Source of the DNA: Rhina ancylostomus
Taxonomy: Eukaryota
NCBI GenBank assembly: GCA_030265395.1
Contig: JARFYF010000050.1
Location: 17,667,051-17,731,050, forward strand
DNA: 64,000 bases
Direction: 5' to 3'
Shown: positions 51,769 to 63,152 of the stretch, piece after piece
Layout of the letters: each line of letters begins with the position of its first letter
Numbering within the stretch: position 1 is the first letter of the stretch
The notes under the pieces: generated by a model
What the model was told of the DNA's origin: nothing
Databases searched by the model: none
Seen by the model: the letters and a program-made list of their open reading frames with translations, nothing else
Translations under genes and position numbers: made by a program

Positions 51769-52371
51769 TCCTTTGGAGTGTAGAGTTCCCATTTCTTACC
51801 TCAGTTCTATCTACTGCTTTCTCTGTATATCTAAATGTGCTGTAATACTATATCATATTTTTATTGCAAGAAGATCAAAGTAGAATAATAGTCCACTGTG
51901 AGCAGTAAAAATAATTTTAAATTTATAGCCACATTGGGTGGTACAACCTGAGTTCTTGAGTACCAAGAGAAAGTACAGATGTTTACAGTCTGCATGTTGG
52001 AGTGGGGAGAAGGGAAATCAGGGATGTTACACTGCTGCTTAATTACCCAAGTAATGAGAACCTAATCAGGCAGCAGCATTAATGAATAATGATAATGTGA
52101 AAATCACAGAAGATTTTGTACATTGTTTTAATTAGCTTAATTAACCACAGTCTATTTGACTAAAGCAGGATTGTGCACATTTACATCAAGCTGCAAAATT
52201 GTAGGAAGACCATTGTCGGCATTGTATTATTTAGCACATTGTTTCTGGGTTTTACACCATGGATTTTTTTTCCAGATGGGTTTGTACATATAAATTATGC
52301 ACTGGTATTACACTTTCTGAAATTTATCATGGGTACTCTGTCCATCTGTCAAACGGCATGAGTCTCCAACA

Positions 52372-53225
52372 GGGTCATAGAGTCATACAGCATGGAAACA
52401 AGCCCTTCAGCCAGTCAACCAAGATGTCCATCTAAGCTCATCCCATTTGCCCGAGTTGGCCCATATCCCTCTGAACCTTTCCCATCCATGTACCTTTCCA
52501 AGTACCTCTTAAATGTTGTTAATATACTGGCCTCAACCACTTTCTCTGGCAGCTTATTCCACATACTGACCACTCTCTGGGTGAAAAAGTTGCTCCTCAG
52601 GTTCTGATTAAATCTCTCCCCTCTCACCTTAAACCTATGCCCTCTAGTTCTTGATTCCCCAACCCCGAGAAAAAGACTGTATGCCATCACCCTATCTTTG
52701 CCCCTCATGATTTTAGACACCTCTATAAGATCACACTCATTCTCCTACGCTCCAATGAATAAAGTCCTAGGCTGCTCAAACTCTATATAACTCAGTCCAT
52801 TGAGTCCTGGAAACATCCTCATAAATCTTTTCTCCATTCTTTCCGGCTTAATGACATCCTTCCTATAGCAGGGTGACCAAAACTGAACACAATGTTCCCA
52901 ATGCAGCCTCACCAATTTCTTGTACAACTGCAACGTAACATTCCAACTTTTATACTCAATGCCCTGATGAAAGACAACATGCCAAAAGCCTCCTTCACCT
53001 GAGACACCACTTTCAGAGAATTATATACTTGTAGTTCTAGATCACTCTGTTCTACAGCACTATGCAGGGCCCTGCTGTTCACTTTGCAAGTCCTACCCTG
53101 ATTTGACTTCCCAAAATGTAACACATTGCACTTATCTGAATTAAACTCCATTTGCCATTACTCAGCCCATTTACCCAGCTGATCAAGATCCCTCTGTAGT
53201 TCTTGATAACCATCCTCTCTGTCTA
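52372..53225 (-). mobile_element. CR1 3' fragment
   Basis: ORFs read MEFNSDKCNVLHFG, LVRLHWEHCVQFWSP and TRGHRFKV..NFFTQRVVSMWNKLP. Tail gtcatagagtcatacagcatgg. Confidence 0.93.
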
Positions 53226-56051
53226 ATGAGACCTCCTTCAGTGTTATTTATAGAACCCAACCTTATCTAGGCTACTATCAGAGAGTCCAAGATAGCCATC
53301 TTCTTCCAGGTAGGTATCTTTAATGGTAAATGCCACCCACTCTCTTGCCTCCCATTTCGATAGTGACTGCTCCCCCAACCTCACAGTTTTCTTAAATGTA
53401 GTGCTGATGTTTGGATGACTTTGATTTAGTAAATAATATTTCAGTATTATTGCAAAATTAATGTACTTGCAAAATTTAATTTGTTATCTGTTAAACATTC
53501 ACTGCATGCACATTTCTATCTCGATGATGGTTAGTGACTATTGCTGTGAATTTCCTGCAGTATTAATTGAAAGAATGAAAACTGAGTGCATCTTTCAGAC
53601 ATGAAATAGTTTCTGCAGCTCATCTTGGATCAAATGCATTTTATTCTTTCCCATTTTATACTGAGAATATCTTTACTATCATTAATGTTTTAAAACTCCT
53701 GCTGGGAGGCACTTCGGTTTTCTGAGAAAATATTCTTCGTTTCTACCCTTCTCCAAGCCAGTCAGGTCACCTTTCCCATGGCCACATTTGCATCAGGCCA
53801 ATCATTTAAGTGTATGACCTCAACACTCTGAAGGAAGTTCTATAGTTAATTGCTTCTAGTGAGTTTTTCAGTTATGCCCTTTTCTGATCATCAGCTATTT
53901 TTCCACATATTTGGTGGGCACATCTCCCTCAGGATATTTTATGTGGCCAAATTAAAATTACAACCATATATATAAATGGCTCTTTTAAAAATGTATTTAC
54001 CATTAATTTATCTTCTGTTGAAAAGTTCAGGTGGGAAGAAGGTTTCAGAAAGCTTATCTCACATCATTGAGCAACTTAGAATAGTAGTTAGAATAGTAAT
54101 AATTCAGTAAGAGTGATTTGGTACAGTATTATGCTTTTTGACCTCTGGAATTCCCCACATTTGTCCTGAAGATGAATTAAAGTAAAAACAGCAAATGTCA
54201 AACACAAAAGCCTTGTATGAGAAATACCCTCTCTTTTTTTGCTGTTGCATTTTATTTCATGAAATTAACACACAACATATTTTAGATTCTTCTTTCTTTT
54301 CCTTGGGATAGCTAACCCCTGTATTTCCATACACCTTCATGATGTCCATTCAGTTTAATTAGTATTGCTGATCTGATTTTCTTTTATTCACCCCACCCAA
54401 CCATCATCTTAACACAAAAAATATAGTTTCTGCAGCTATTGGTGCTGCCATTGTAGATAGAATTTATCCTATAGGCTTTATGTTCAAAATGATTCTTGGG
54501 TATCAAAATTGATCCCATAACATTGTTTCTTATTATTACAGTGAAGAAGACTAATTTTCAGTGAATTCTTTAGTTAATGCACAGTTTGTGGAAAATCACT
54601 GCAAATAGTAATACACAAACAGATGGACAGAACTAATTTAAAAACATTATTATCTGAGATTCCAAAACAGTAAAAAATAAATATCAAGGTGAGTTTTGTC
54701 ACCTTGACTACTGCAGTAATCTCATTGAGGATGCCATTTCTGAAGACCTTAAATGCCTTGTGATTCGTGAGTAGTTGATGCTGAATGTATAATGTGAAAT
54801 TGACCCAAAATTGACTGTTTGCAACAGGAATGTTTGCAACTGGAAACATTTGGAATTAATAGATTAAACATAATGTAGGCTCTCCTTATCTGGCATTGGA
54901 GGTGACAGTGAATGTGATCTGTAGGGCAGGTGTTGACAGTTGCAGATATCCTCACACAATTAAGCAAGGTACAACATCACAAAGGGAAGATTCCCTCCAA
55001 AATCAATAAGATTAATTAGAAACTGACAAAAGTTGTATCAATTTCTATCCTTTTAGGAACGAGTAGTTTTACTGCTCTGAGAAGCAAATAATTTTATTTT
55101 CTTTCCTTTTAAGTTCCTGAGAGAGAAGAGATATGTGTAAAGGAGGATGGAGCATTCCCTTGGTTTGAGTATCCATGATACTAGAGGGCACCGTCTGGTC
55201 AGGCTGACAAAAGATTAGATGCAGAGTAACTTTCCCCTATTGTGAACCAGCAATGGCCCAAAATCACTGACTTCTTGTTCCTTTCAAGGGATTTGTGTAA
55301 CCCACAGAGTGAAATCAGCAATTTGCAATCAACAAAGCATTTACAGTGCAGAAACAGCTCACAATATCTTTGTTGCTTCCACCTTGCTTCAAATCATCAA
55401 CAATTTAGTAGCTTATTAGTGACAATTTTATACTCTAAGCATATGAAATTATTTTGTGATTACCTTTAATCATCTCACAGCTGTCTCCCATAAGCAGCAA
55501 AGACAGTTTGCTTTCATCTTGTTATCCTGTAGAGTCTTTGGGTTCAAACACCAAAGTGGTAAGGGCAGTTGGAAATCCACTCTGCCAATCAGTTGTGAAT
55601 AATGTTTGTGAATAAACCCTCCATGTTAAGAGACATTCAGTTTTATGGTCAGAGGGTTATCTAGCATGGAAATAAGAACTTCAGCCCACCATTTCCACAG
55701 TAACCATCAAGTGACCACCTCCACTAATCCCATTTGTCCGTAGCCTTCTCTGCCTTAGAATGCACCTCTGAATACAAGTTAAATGTAAGATAGTCTGTGT
55801 CCACCATCTCCTCAGGCATTATTTTCCAGAATTCAATCATCCTCTTGGTGAAAAAATTCTTTGATAAATTTCCTCTAAACCTCTTACCCCACACCTATGA
55901 TAGCTAGTTTTAGACACCTCTGTTTTTGGGAAAAGTTTACTTCTACTTACCTTGTCAATGCCCCACATTATTTTCCTTTACCTCAATCAGGTCTTGCCTT
56001 CAGCGTTGTCTGCTCCAAGGAAAACAAATCCAGCTTAATCAGCCTCTCCTC

Positions 56052-56249
56052 TGGAGACACAAGAGACTGAGATGCTGGAATCTGGAGCAACAAACTCAGC
56101 AGGTCAAGCAGCATCTGTGGAGGAAAGGAATTGTTGATGTTACAGGTCGAAACCCTGCTACCCGACACGAAATGTTGACAATTCCTTTTCTCCCACAGAT
56201 GCTGCTCGACCCGCTGGGTTACTCCAGCGGATTGTTTGTTGCTCCAGTT
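56052..56249. mobile_element. Palindromic Penelope-pLTR mini-element C
   Basis: ggtcaagcagcatctgtggaggaaaggaattgt is inverse to acaattccttttctcccacagatgctgctcgacc. Flanked by tctcctc at 56045-56051 and 56250-56256. Confidence 0.82.
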
Positions 56250-56927
56250 TCTCCTCATAACTGAAACACTCCTTCCTCTGCATCTTCTCCATCGTACATC
56301 ACTGCTATTGTCTGGTGACCAGAAATGCATGCAGCATCCTAACTGTGGCCTAACTATTATTTTATAAAGTTATACCATAAGAATCCAATTTGTTTTCTTA
56401 CTGACCTTATTTACCCATGTTGCCACCTTCAGGGATCTTTGGACAGATACACCAAGGTCCTTCTGTTCCCCGAAATGCCCCAGGCCCTACCATTCTTTGT
56501 GTATGTTCTAATCTTACCAGTTCTTCTAAAATGCATTTCTCAGGATTAAATTCCACTTTCCGTTGCTCTGCCCATTTAACCAACTCATTGATTTATTTCC
56601 TGTAGCCTGAGATTACCCTTCTCACTGTCAATAACAGCATCAATTTTTATGTCATCTGTAAATTTATTAATCCTTCCTTTCACATTCACATCCACATTAA
56701 TATGTATAACAAACAGGTTTCCAGCACCATACAATCCCTGTGGTACGCCACTGGTCACAAACATCTAAATGCAAGAGCAACCCTCTGCCACCTCCTCTGT
56801 CTTCTATTACCAAGCCAGTTTTGGATCCAATTTGCTAACTTGCACTGGATCCCATGGGCTGTAATTTTTTGGACAAATCTCCCATGTGGCATCTTATCAA
56901 AGGCCTTGCTTAAGTCCATGAAGACTA

Positions 56928-57149
56928 GGGAGGACAAAGGAGACTGCAGATGCTTGAGTCTGGAACAAAGAAACAGGACACTGGAAGAGCTCAGTAAGTC
57001 AATCCGCTTCAGTTGAGGCAAAAAGTGCAAATCGATGTTTCAGGTTGAGATCCTGATATAGAGTCTCAACCCAAAATATCAGCTTATACTTTTTGCCTCC
57101 ACAGTTGCTGGTTTCACCTACTGAGTTCTTCTAGTTTTCTGTTTTTTGT
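56928..57149. mobile_element. Palindromic Penelope-pLTR mini-element D (more diverged)
   Basis: Paired segments ggaacaaagaaacag/ctgttttttgttcc, gaggcaaaaagt/actttttgcctc and ggttgaga/tctcaacc. Flanked by tccatgaagacta (56915-56927) and tccatgcagacta (57150-57162). Confidence 0.8.
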
Positions 57150-57390
57150 TCCATGCAGACTACATCACCGCATTACCCCTTTAAAAAATTTAATCAGATT
57201 GGTCAGACAGGATCTCCCCTTAACAAAACTACACTCTCTTTGATTAATCCCTACCTTTACAAATTTAGGTTAATCCAGTTCCTCAGAATTTTTTCCAGTA
57301 ACTTGCCTACCACTGACATTGGACTCACTGACCTGTAATTACTTGACTTATCCCTGCTGCTCTTCTTGAATAGAAGTAGCACATCTCAAC

Positions 57391-57418
57391 CTGACTGGTT
57401 ATAAATGTTGTTTCTTAG
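57391..57418 (+). promoter_or_regulatory. Putative branch point and 3' splice site of the second SDK2 exon
   Basis: ctgAc at 57391-57395 (A57394), with no AG between it and tttcttag at 57411-57418. Confidence 0.55.
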
Positions 57419-57566
57419 ATATGGCAAACTTTGAGAGTGGCGAGAAACACCTAAGTGTCTCCCAAGGAAATGCGGCAGTTATCAAGGCACCGAGAATTTC
57501 CAGCTTCCCCCAGCCCCAAGTTACATGGTTCAGAGATGGACGGAAAATCTCGCCCAGCAGTCGAAT
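57419..57566 (+). CDS. SDK2: Sidekick-2 internal coding exon (probably exon 4; N-terminal half of Ig domain 2)
   Basis: tttcttag|at atg gca ... cga at|gtaagt. 148 bp, phase 1 to 2, joining the previous exon in frame (t+at=Tyr). Translates (Y)[48 protein letters not shown](I), matching SDK2 as recalled ([44 protein letters not shown]). Confidence 0.95.
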
Positions 57567-60500
57567 GTAAGTTTTAAAAGATGTCTTTATCTTGCATTTT
57601 TAAATTAATTTTACTTTAATGTTATACTAAATAATGTCATTAATATTTTTAAGAAGGGGGGGAAGTTTTAAGTTAATTTTCAGTCTTTTGTTCTTTAAAT
57701 TCATGTTTTCTTGTGTTTGAAATGCTGGGGGCATTTTTAAGCTAAGTGGTTAAGCCAGTAAGTGGGTAATAACCAGCAAGATGCAATTATTGACCAGGCT
57801 ATGCTTCATCTTCCATTGTTTATGTTAATTTAACTCCCTCACCCTTTCATGACAAATCATGAAAGCTTGTTAATGATAATTTGTATTTGTTTAGTTTTTA
57901 AAATCAGTACTAATGGTGGAACACTTTTTACTTAATTACTGCAACTTAATTACTTAAGAACAGCTGCTCTTTCTCGCACTCCAAAGACTCAGAAGGTGAA
58001 AATGCCGGTGTATCACTAAATATAAAGTTACTTTTGATTAAGGCAATACAAGCTCAAAGCATTTGTGTTGATTTCATTTAGGAAACAATTATGTAACCAC
58101 ATTATGGTTACTGATATGTGCAGTGGATGATATGAAATGTTTTGAGTCTGTAAAAGTACTTGGTAGAATGAGTGGTGTTAAGTACAGCACTATCACTTCC
58201 TCCCTAATTCATTGCCTACAAAATTGTTTTTCTATGGAAGAGTTGTATCTGTCTTTTGCTCTTTCATTATCATCATTACCTGAGCTGAATACTTGGAGGA
58301 AAATCACTTGCAGATTTCCAAATGGCAGCAATTAATAACTATCCAGGACTGGTCTGCTTTATTTGTTTCCTATGTGTGTTGAATATTTGATCTGATATAC
58401 TCCTTCCCACTTTGTGTGTTTGAATTATGTTGATTTTTTTTATTGATCTTCACTCAGTTGGTTGCTGTATTTTCTGTCAATATCTTAGTTTAATGAGGTA
58501 TTTTCATAGTATGATTTTTTTTGTGTGTTCCTTACATTTAGGATTATAAGAAATTAACAGATTTTAATCATGGCGATTATGTATTTTAACACCACTAGCT
58601 CTTGAATATGTGTAAATTTATCATCTTAAAATAACCATGCATTTAAATTCTAAACTGTATGCATGGAATATGTGTTTATATGATGGGCATAAACTTAGGT
58701 ACAATATTGCACTCTGCATGTACCTTATATCTAGATTATTTCATTGTATTTGAAAAGAGAACTAATGCTCCATTTCTATGGTAATTATACAAATTTTCTA
58801 GTAATCATGACTACTTTTAATCGATCTTTTTGGTCACTACTTCAGTAATTTTATCTGTATATCATGCAAGGAAGCATGATTGCATTTCCCTGTACTAAAA
58901 TGACATGGTTGGTACATTCTGCTTGCTGGATATGATACTAAATTAACAAATCCACAATCAGAGAACCATCATAACCAGAGCAAATGGTGACGGGATTGAA
59001 TGAAACTTAATGCTTGGAATTCCTTGATACAATATCCAGTAACCTCTGCCCCAGTACTGGAAGTCTCTTGGCAGGGTGGAGGTGCTCCCAAATTTAGATA
59101 TAGAAACAAAGATGTACTTGGAATTATGATGTTTGTGCACATGCACACATTCCTTACTTTGAACCCAAACAATGTGGATTAAGTGGAGAAGAACAAAAGG
59201 AAATAGCAAACTGCTAGTATATGTGCAACTGGTTTATTGCCCAACCCTAATTAAACTGTGCACACATACATTGTGCCTTACATTTATGTAATTCATTTAT
59301 ATACATTACATTTCCTTTTTAAAAAGAAAGAATGAATTATATGTTGTTATTATTTACAAAATTAACTCATTCACATGTTTTCCAGGTTATTTTGATCTTC
59401 CCTTGTGGACATGAAGAAGGTGTCACTACTAGAGTTGAATTAATATTTTTTCCACAGTCTGCTTCTCTTCCACTGTCCCCTTGTGATTTGGCTGAATTGA
59501 GCTTGGTTGTGTTCTGAGCCTTCTACACATTAGTAATTCAGCAAGGGTATGACCTGCTCTGGAATGTGCTGTCATTCTGTTGGTTTAGCTAAAAGGTTTA
59601 ACGTGATCATCCTCGTAATACTTGTTCCTCCAATACTTCTTTGATAGCTCTCACTTTTTTTTTGCTGTACCATTTAACGCCGGATGGTGTGGCAAAAGAA
59701 GTTTGTGCATAATAGCATTTTGTTTTATAAAGTACTCAAACAGAAACAAATGAAACTGAGTATGATACCTCAGACTAGTTCTTCTGGAAAGCCATATCAT
59801 GAAAAAATGGAGCCCTGTTCTTTGATAGTATGTTCTAATGTGGTACTGGATCCAGAATGTTTTACATCAATCTATTTCCAATGTTAAGAAGATATCAATG
59901 CCCTTCTTACAACCATCAACGTCATNNNNNNNNNNNNNNNNNNNNNNNNNNNNNNNNNNNNNNNNNNNNNNNNTTTTCACTCCTAAATTCAATTCCTAAT
60001 TATTCCTTCTCAATTTGAGCATCATTTTGCTCTCTGTCAGTGTATATGATGCAGACCTAATTGGTTTCTGTTGACCATCATCTAGTTCATGAGTGAATTC
60101 AGCTGCCAATCCATAATTTGAAGCACCAGTCATAAGTTTCAATGTTTGTGTTATATCACAATGAAGTAACAAAGACTCACTTCACTTAACTTTTATTAAA
60201 TAACTTGTATGTTATTTGCTGTTTTTTTTATCCCAATTGCATTTTTCATCTTTCTTCAGCAACTACTATACAGATGCTCTCCATGGTGTTGCAAGATCTG
60301 GCAAACATCTACAGTATTAATCCTAAGATTAACCTAAATTCTGCAGTTTTTGTAAGGTTTCCTTGCTTTCACTGTTGTTTCTACTGTTCCTTTGACTAGT
60401 TGCAATCTATTTCTAGCTCTGTTTAACCTAAGATAAACTACTACTTAGGAATACATACTTGTGTCTTTTGAGTTTCATGATATGTTCATGTAGCCACCTT

Positions 60501-61494
60501 AACATTTCTAATATTCAAAGATTTTTTCTTTGGTGCTTTTTGCTGTTACGTTAATTGCCTAGCTAATGATCCATATATTGTTGTATCTTGTCCATTGTAG
60601 CTTAAAAAATCTTTCCTGATGATTTAAGACCATACAGCACCCATCATCCCACCACCATCATTTTAATACAGTAACTTAATAGTAATAAAGTGTTGCCCTT
60701 ATATCTGAAGTACATACAGTTAATCCAAAGAAAAATGTGCCTGATGTTATGAGAAGATGTCTCACAAATACAATTAATGCATTTACACTTTAATATTACA
60801 TTGAACTTTGTTAATTTTCACACTTAATTTAAAGAATCAAGACATCATCTAACCTGGATTCAGTTTGTCCTTTGACACGTGATGTCAAATTCTGATGGTA
60901 CCCAACAAACAGAATTTTAATAAAGGCAGGCAGATTCTGGGCAAATTAAATTTTTGCAGAGTTGAACAGAGATTGTTAAGTCTTATCAGAGGTGTACTCT
61001 GTCCAGAGAGAAAAAAGGTACATCATCATAAAAATGATTTTGTATTAAAATTATCAGGCTGTTGCAGCCATCTGTCTTTGTGGAGCTCTGTGAAAAGAGT
61101 GAAATGAACATTGCTTTTGCCACTGTCAGCAGTTGCATTCAGGCTAAATCAANNNNNNNNNNNNNNNNNNNNNNNNNNNNNNNNNNNNNNNNNNNNNNNN
61201 NNNNNNNNNNNNNNNNNNNNNNNNNNNNNNNNNNNNNNNNNNNNNNNNNNNNCATTCAGGCTAAATCAACTAATATTTTGTACATTGTTTGGAATTATAG
61301 TATTGTACTGATTTGTGTGTGTTTTAGAATATTGACTGTATACAAATATTGTACATTGACCATATATTGGCAGTATATCAGCTGCCTAAACTGATCACTT
61401 AATGTACAGTTCTGGCATATCTCCAAAAAGCACATTTTGCTTTCTCTTCCCCTCTCTCTCCATTCAAAGGTTCTATTTTTTTTTGCATTTTGAT

Positions 61495-62285
61495 ATCCTG
61501 GATTACAGTCAAAAATTGTCCCAATTTGTTGGCCAAAGGAAAGAAAGAGAGTAGCTGTTTAACAAAAAAAAAACTAGTTGCAAATTGGGGGTGTTGTTGA
61601 TAGTGAAGAGATTGTTCTTATGTTACAGAATGATATTGATCAGCTGGTAAGTTGGGCAGAGCAGTTGCAGATGAAATTTAATGATGTTAAGTGAGAGGTG
61701 ATGCATTCTGGAAGTAGGGTGGAAACATATCCTGAATGGTAGAGCCAATAGGAACATGGAGGAGCAGAGGGACATTGGTGTACAAGTTCATAGATCTCTG
61801 AAGGTGACAGCACAGGTAGATACAGTGGTGAGATATGGGATGGTGGCTTTCATTAGCCAGGCCACAGGATATAAGAGCATAGAAGTCACGGAACGACTCT
61901 TAAAAAAATTTTTGGTTAGGCCACAGGTGCAGTTCTGGTCACCACACTATAGGAAGGATGTGAGTGCACTGGAGATGGTGCAGACAAGATTTACCAGTAT
62001 GTTGTCTGAAATGGAATGTTTCAGTTATGAGGAGAGACTGAATAGGTTGGGTGTGTTTTCCTTGGAGAAGAGGAGGCTGAAGGAAGACTTGATGGAGCCA
62101 TCCAAAACCAGAGAGCATAACTTTAAAGTTAGAAGCAAGGGGATTAGAGGGGATCTAAGGATTTATTTTTCATCCAGTGGGTGGCTGCAATGTGGAACAC
62201 ACTACCTGAGAGGGTGGTGAAGGCAGGTACTGTCATAACATTTAAAAAATATCTGAATGAGCACTTGAATCACCAAGGCAATGGG
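61495..62285 (+). mobile_element. CR1 fragment with internal deletions
   Basis: ORF 61756-62220 reads EQRDIGVQVHRSLKV..QFWSPHYRKDVSALEMVQTRFT..SLEKRRLKEDL. Confidence 0.9.
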
Positions 62286-62442
62286 TGAACATGGAACAGT
62301 TGATAACGTACTGGCAGTACTAGAAAACCAAGGCCAATTACATTGATTAGAGAAATTCAGTGAAGTTGTGAATTCATTGCTTTCTAAGAATTTGGATATA
62401 AACCAATAACATTCACCCTTTTTTCCTTTTCTTTTCCCTGAC

Positions 62443-63152
62443 GAGTGTTGAGGAACAGAGGGACCTGTACAAGTGCACCGTTTGCTGAAACTGGCTGGGC
62501 AAGAAGACAGGGTGGTGAAGAAGGTGTATTTGCATGCTGGCCTTCTTCAGTCAGGGCAATGGCTTAGGAGTAGGGATATTATGTTGCAGTTATATAGGTT
62601 GCTCGTCAGGCTGCACTTGGAGTATTGTGTACAATTTTGGTCACCCTGTTAGAGGAAAGACATTGTCAAGTTGGAGAGGGTGCAGAAGAGACTAACAAAA
62701 ACGCTACCTAGAGTAGAGGCCCTGAGGTACAGGGAGAGGTTGGCCACACTGGATCTTTATTCCTTCGAGTGTAGGAGAATGAGGGCTGACCTCAGAGAAG
62801 TTTATAAAATCATGAGGGGTATGGATAAGGAGGACAGTCATAGTCTTTGGCCCAGGGTTGGGGAGTACAAAACTAGAGGGCACAGGTACAAGGCAAGAGG
62901 GGAGAGATTTAAGAGAAACCTGAGAGGTAACTTCTTTTTGTCGTGAGTACCTGGAATCAGCTGCCAGAGGAAGTGGTCGAGGCAGATACAATTGTAACAT
63001 TTAAGAAGCAATTGGATAGGTACATGCAGGGGAGGGGCTTGGAGGATGATGGGCCAAATGTGGGCTACTGGGACCAGCAAGGAGGATGCTGTGGTCAATA
63101 TGGACCAGTTGGGCCAAAGGGTCTGTTTCCATGCTCTATTACTCTATGAACT
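62443..63152 (+). mobile_element. CR1 3' fragment with tail
   Basis: ERVQKRLTKTLP..RRMRADLREVYKIM..TRGHRYK, then tail gggccaaagggtctgtttccatgctctattactctatga. Confidence 0.92.

Larger units (their letters stand above)
55650..57384 (-). mobile_element. CR1 fragment carrying two nested pLTR palindromes and ending next to the SDK2 exon
   Basis: MDLSKAFDKMPHGR..ANWIQNWLGNRRQR, plus similarity to 4290-4385 up to about 57384. Confidence 0.88.

Noticed and set aside
61136-61269. Direct repeat cattcaggctaaatcaa around an N run
   Set aside because: Contig overlap at a 100-N gap.
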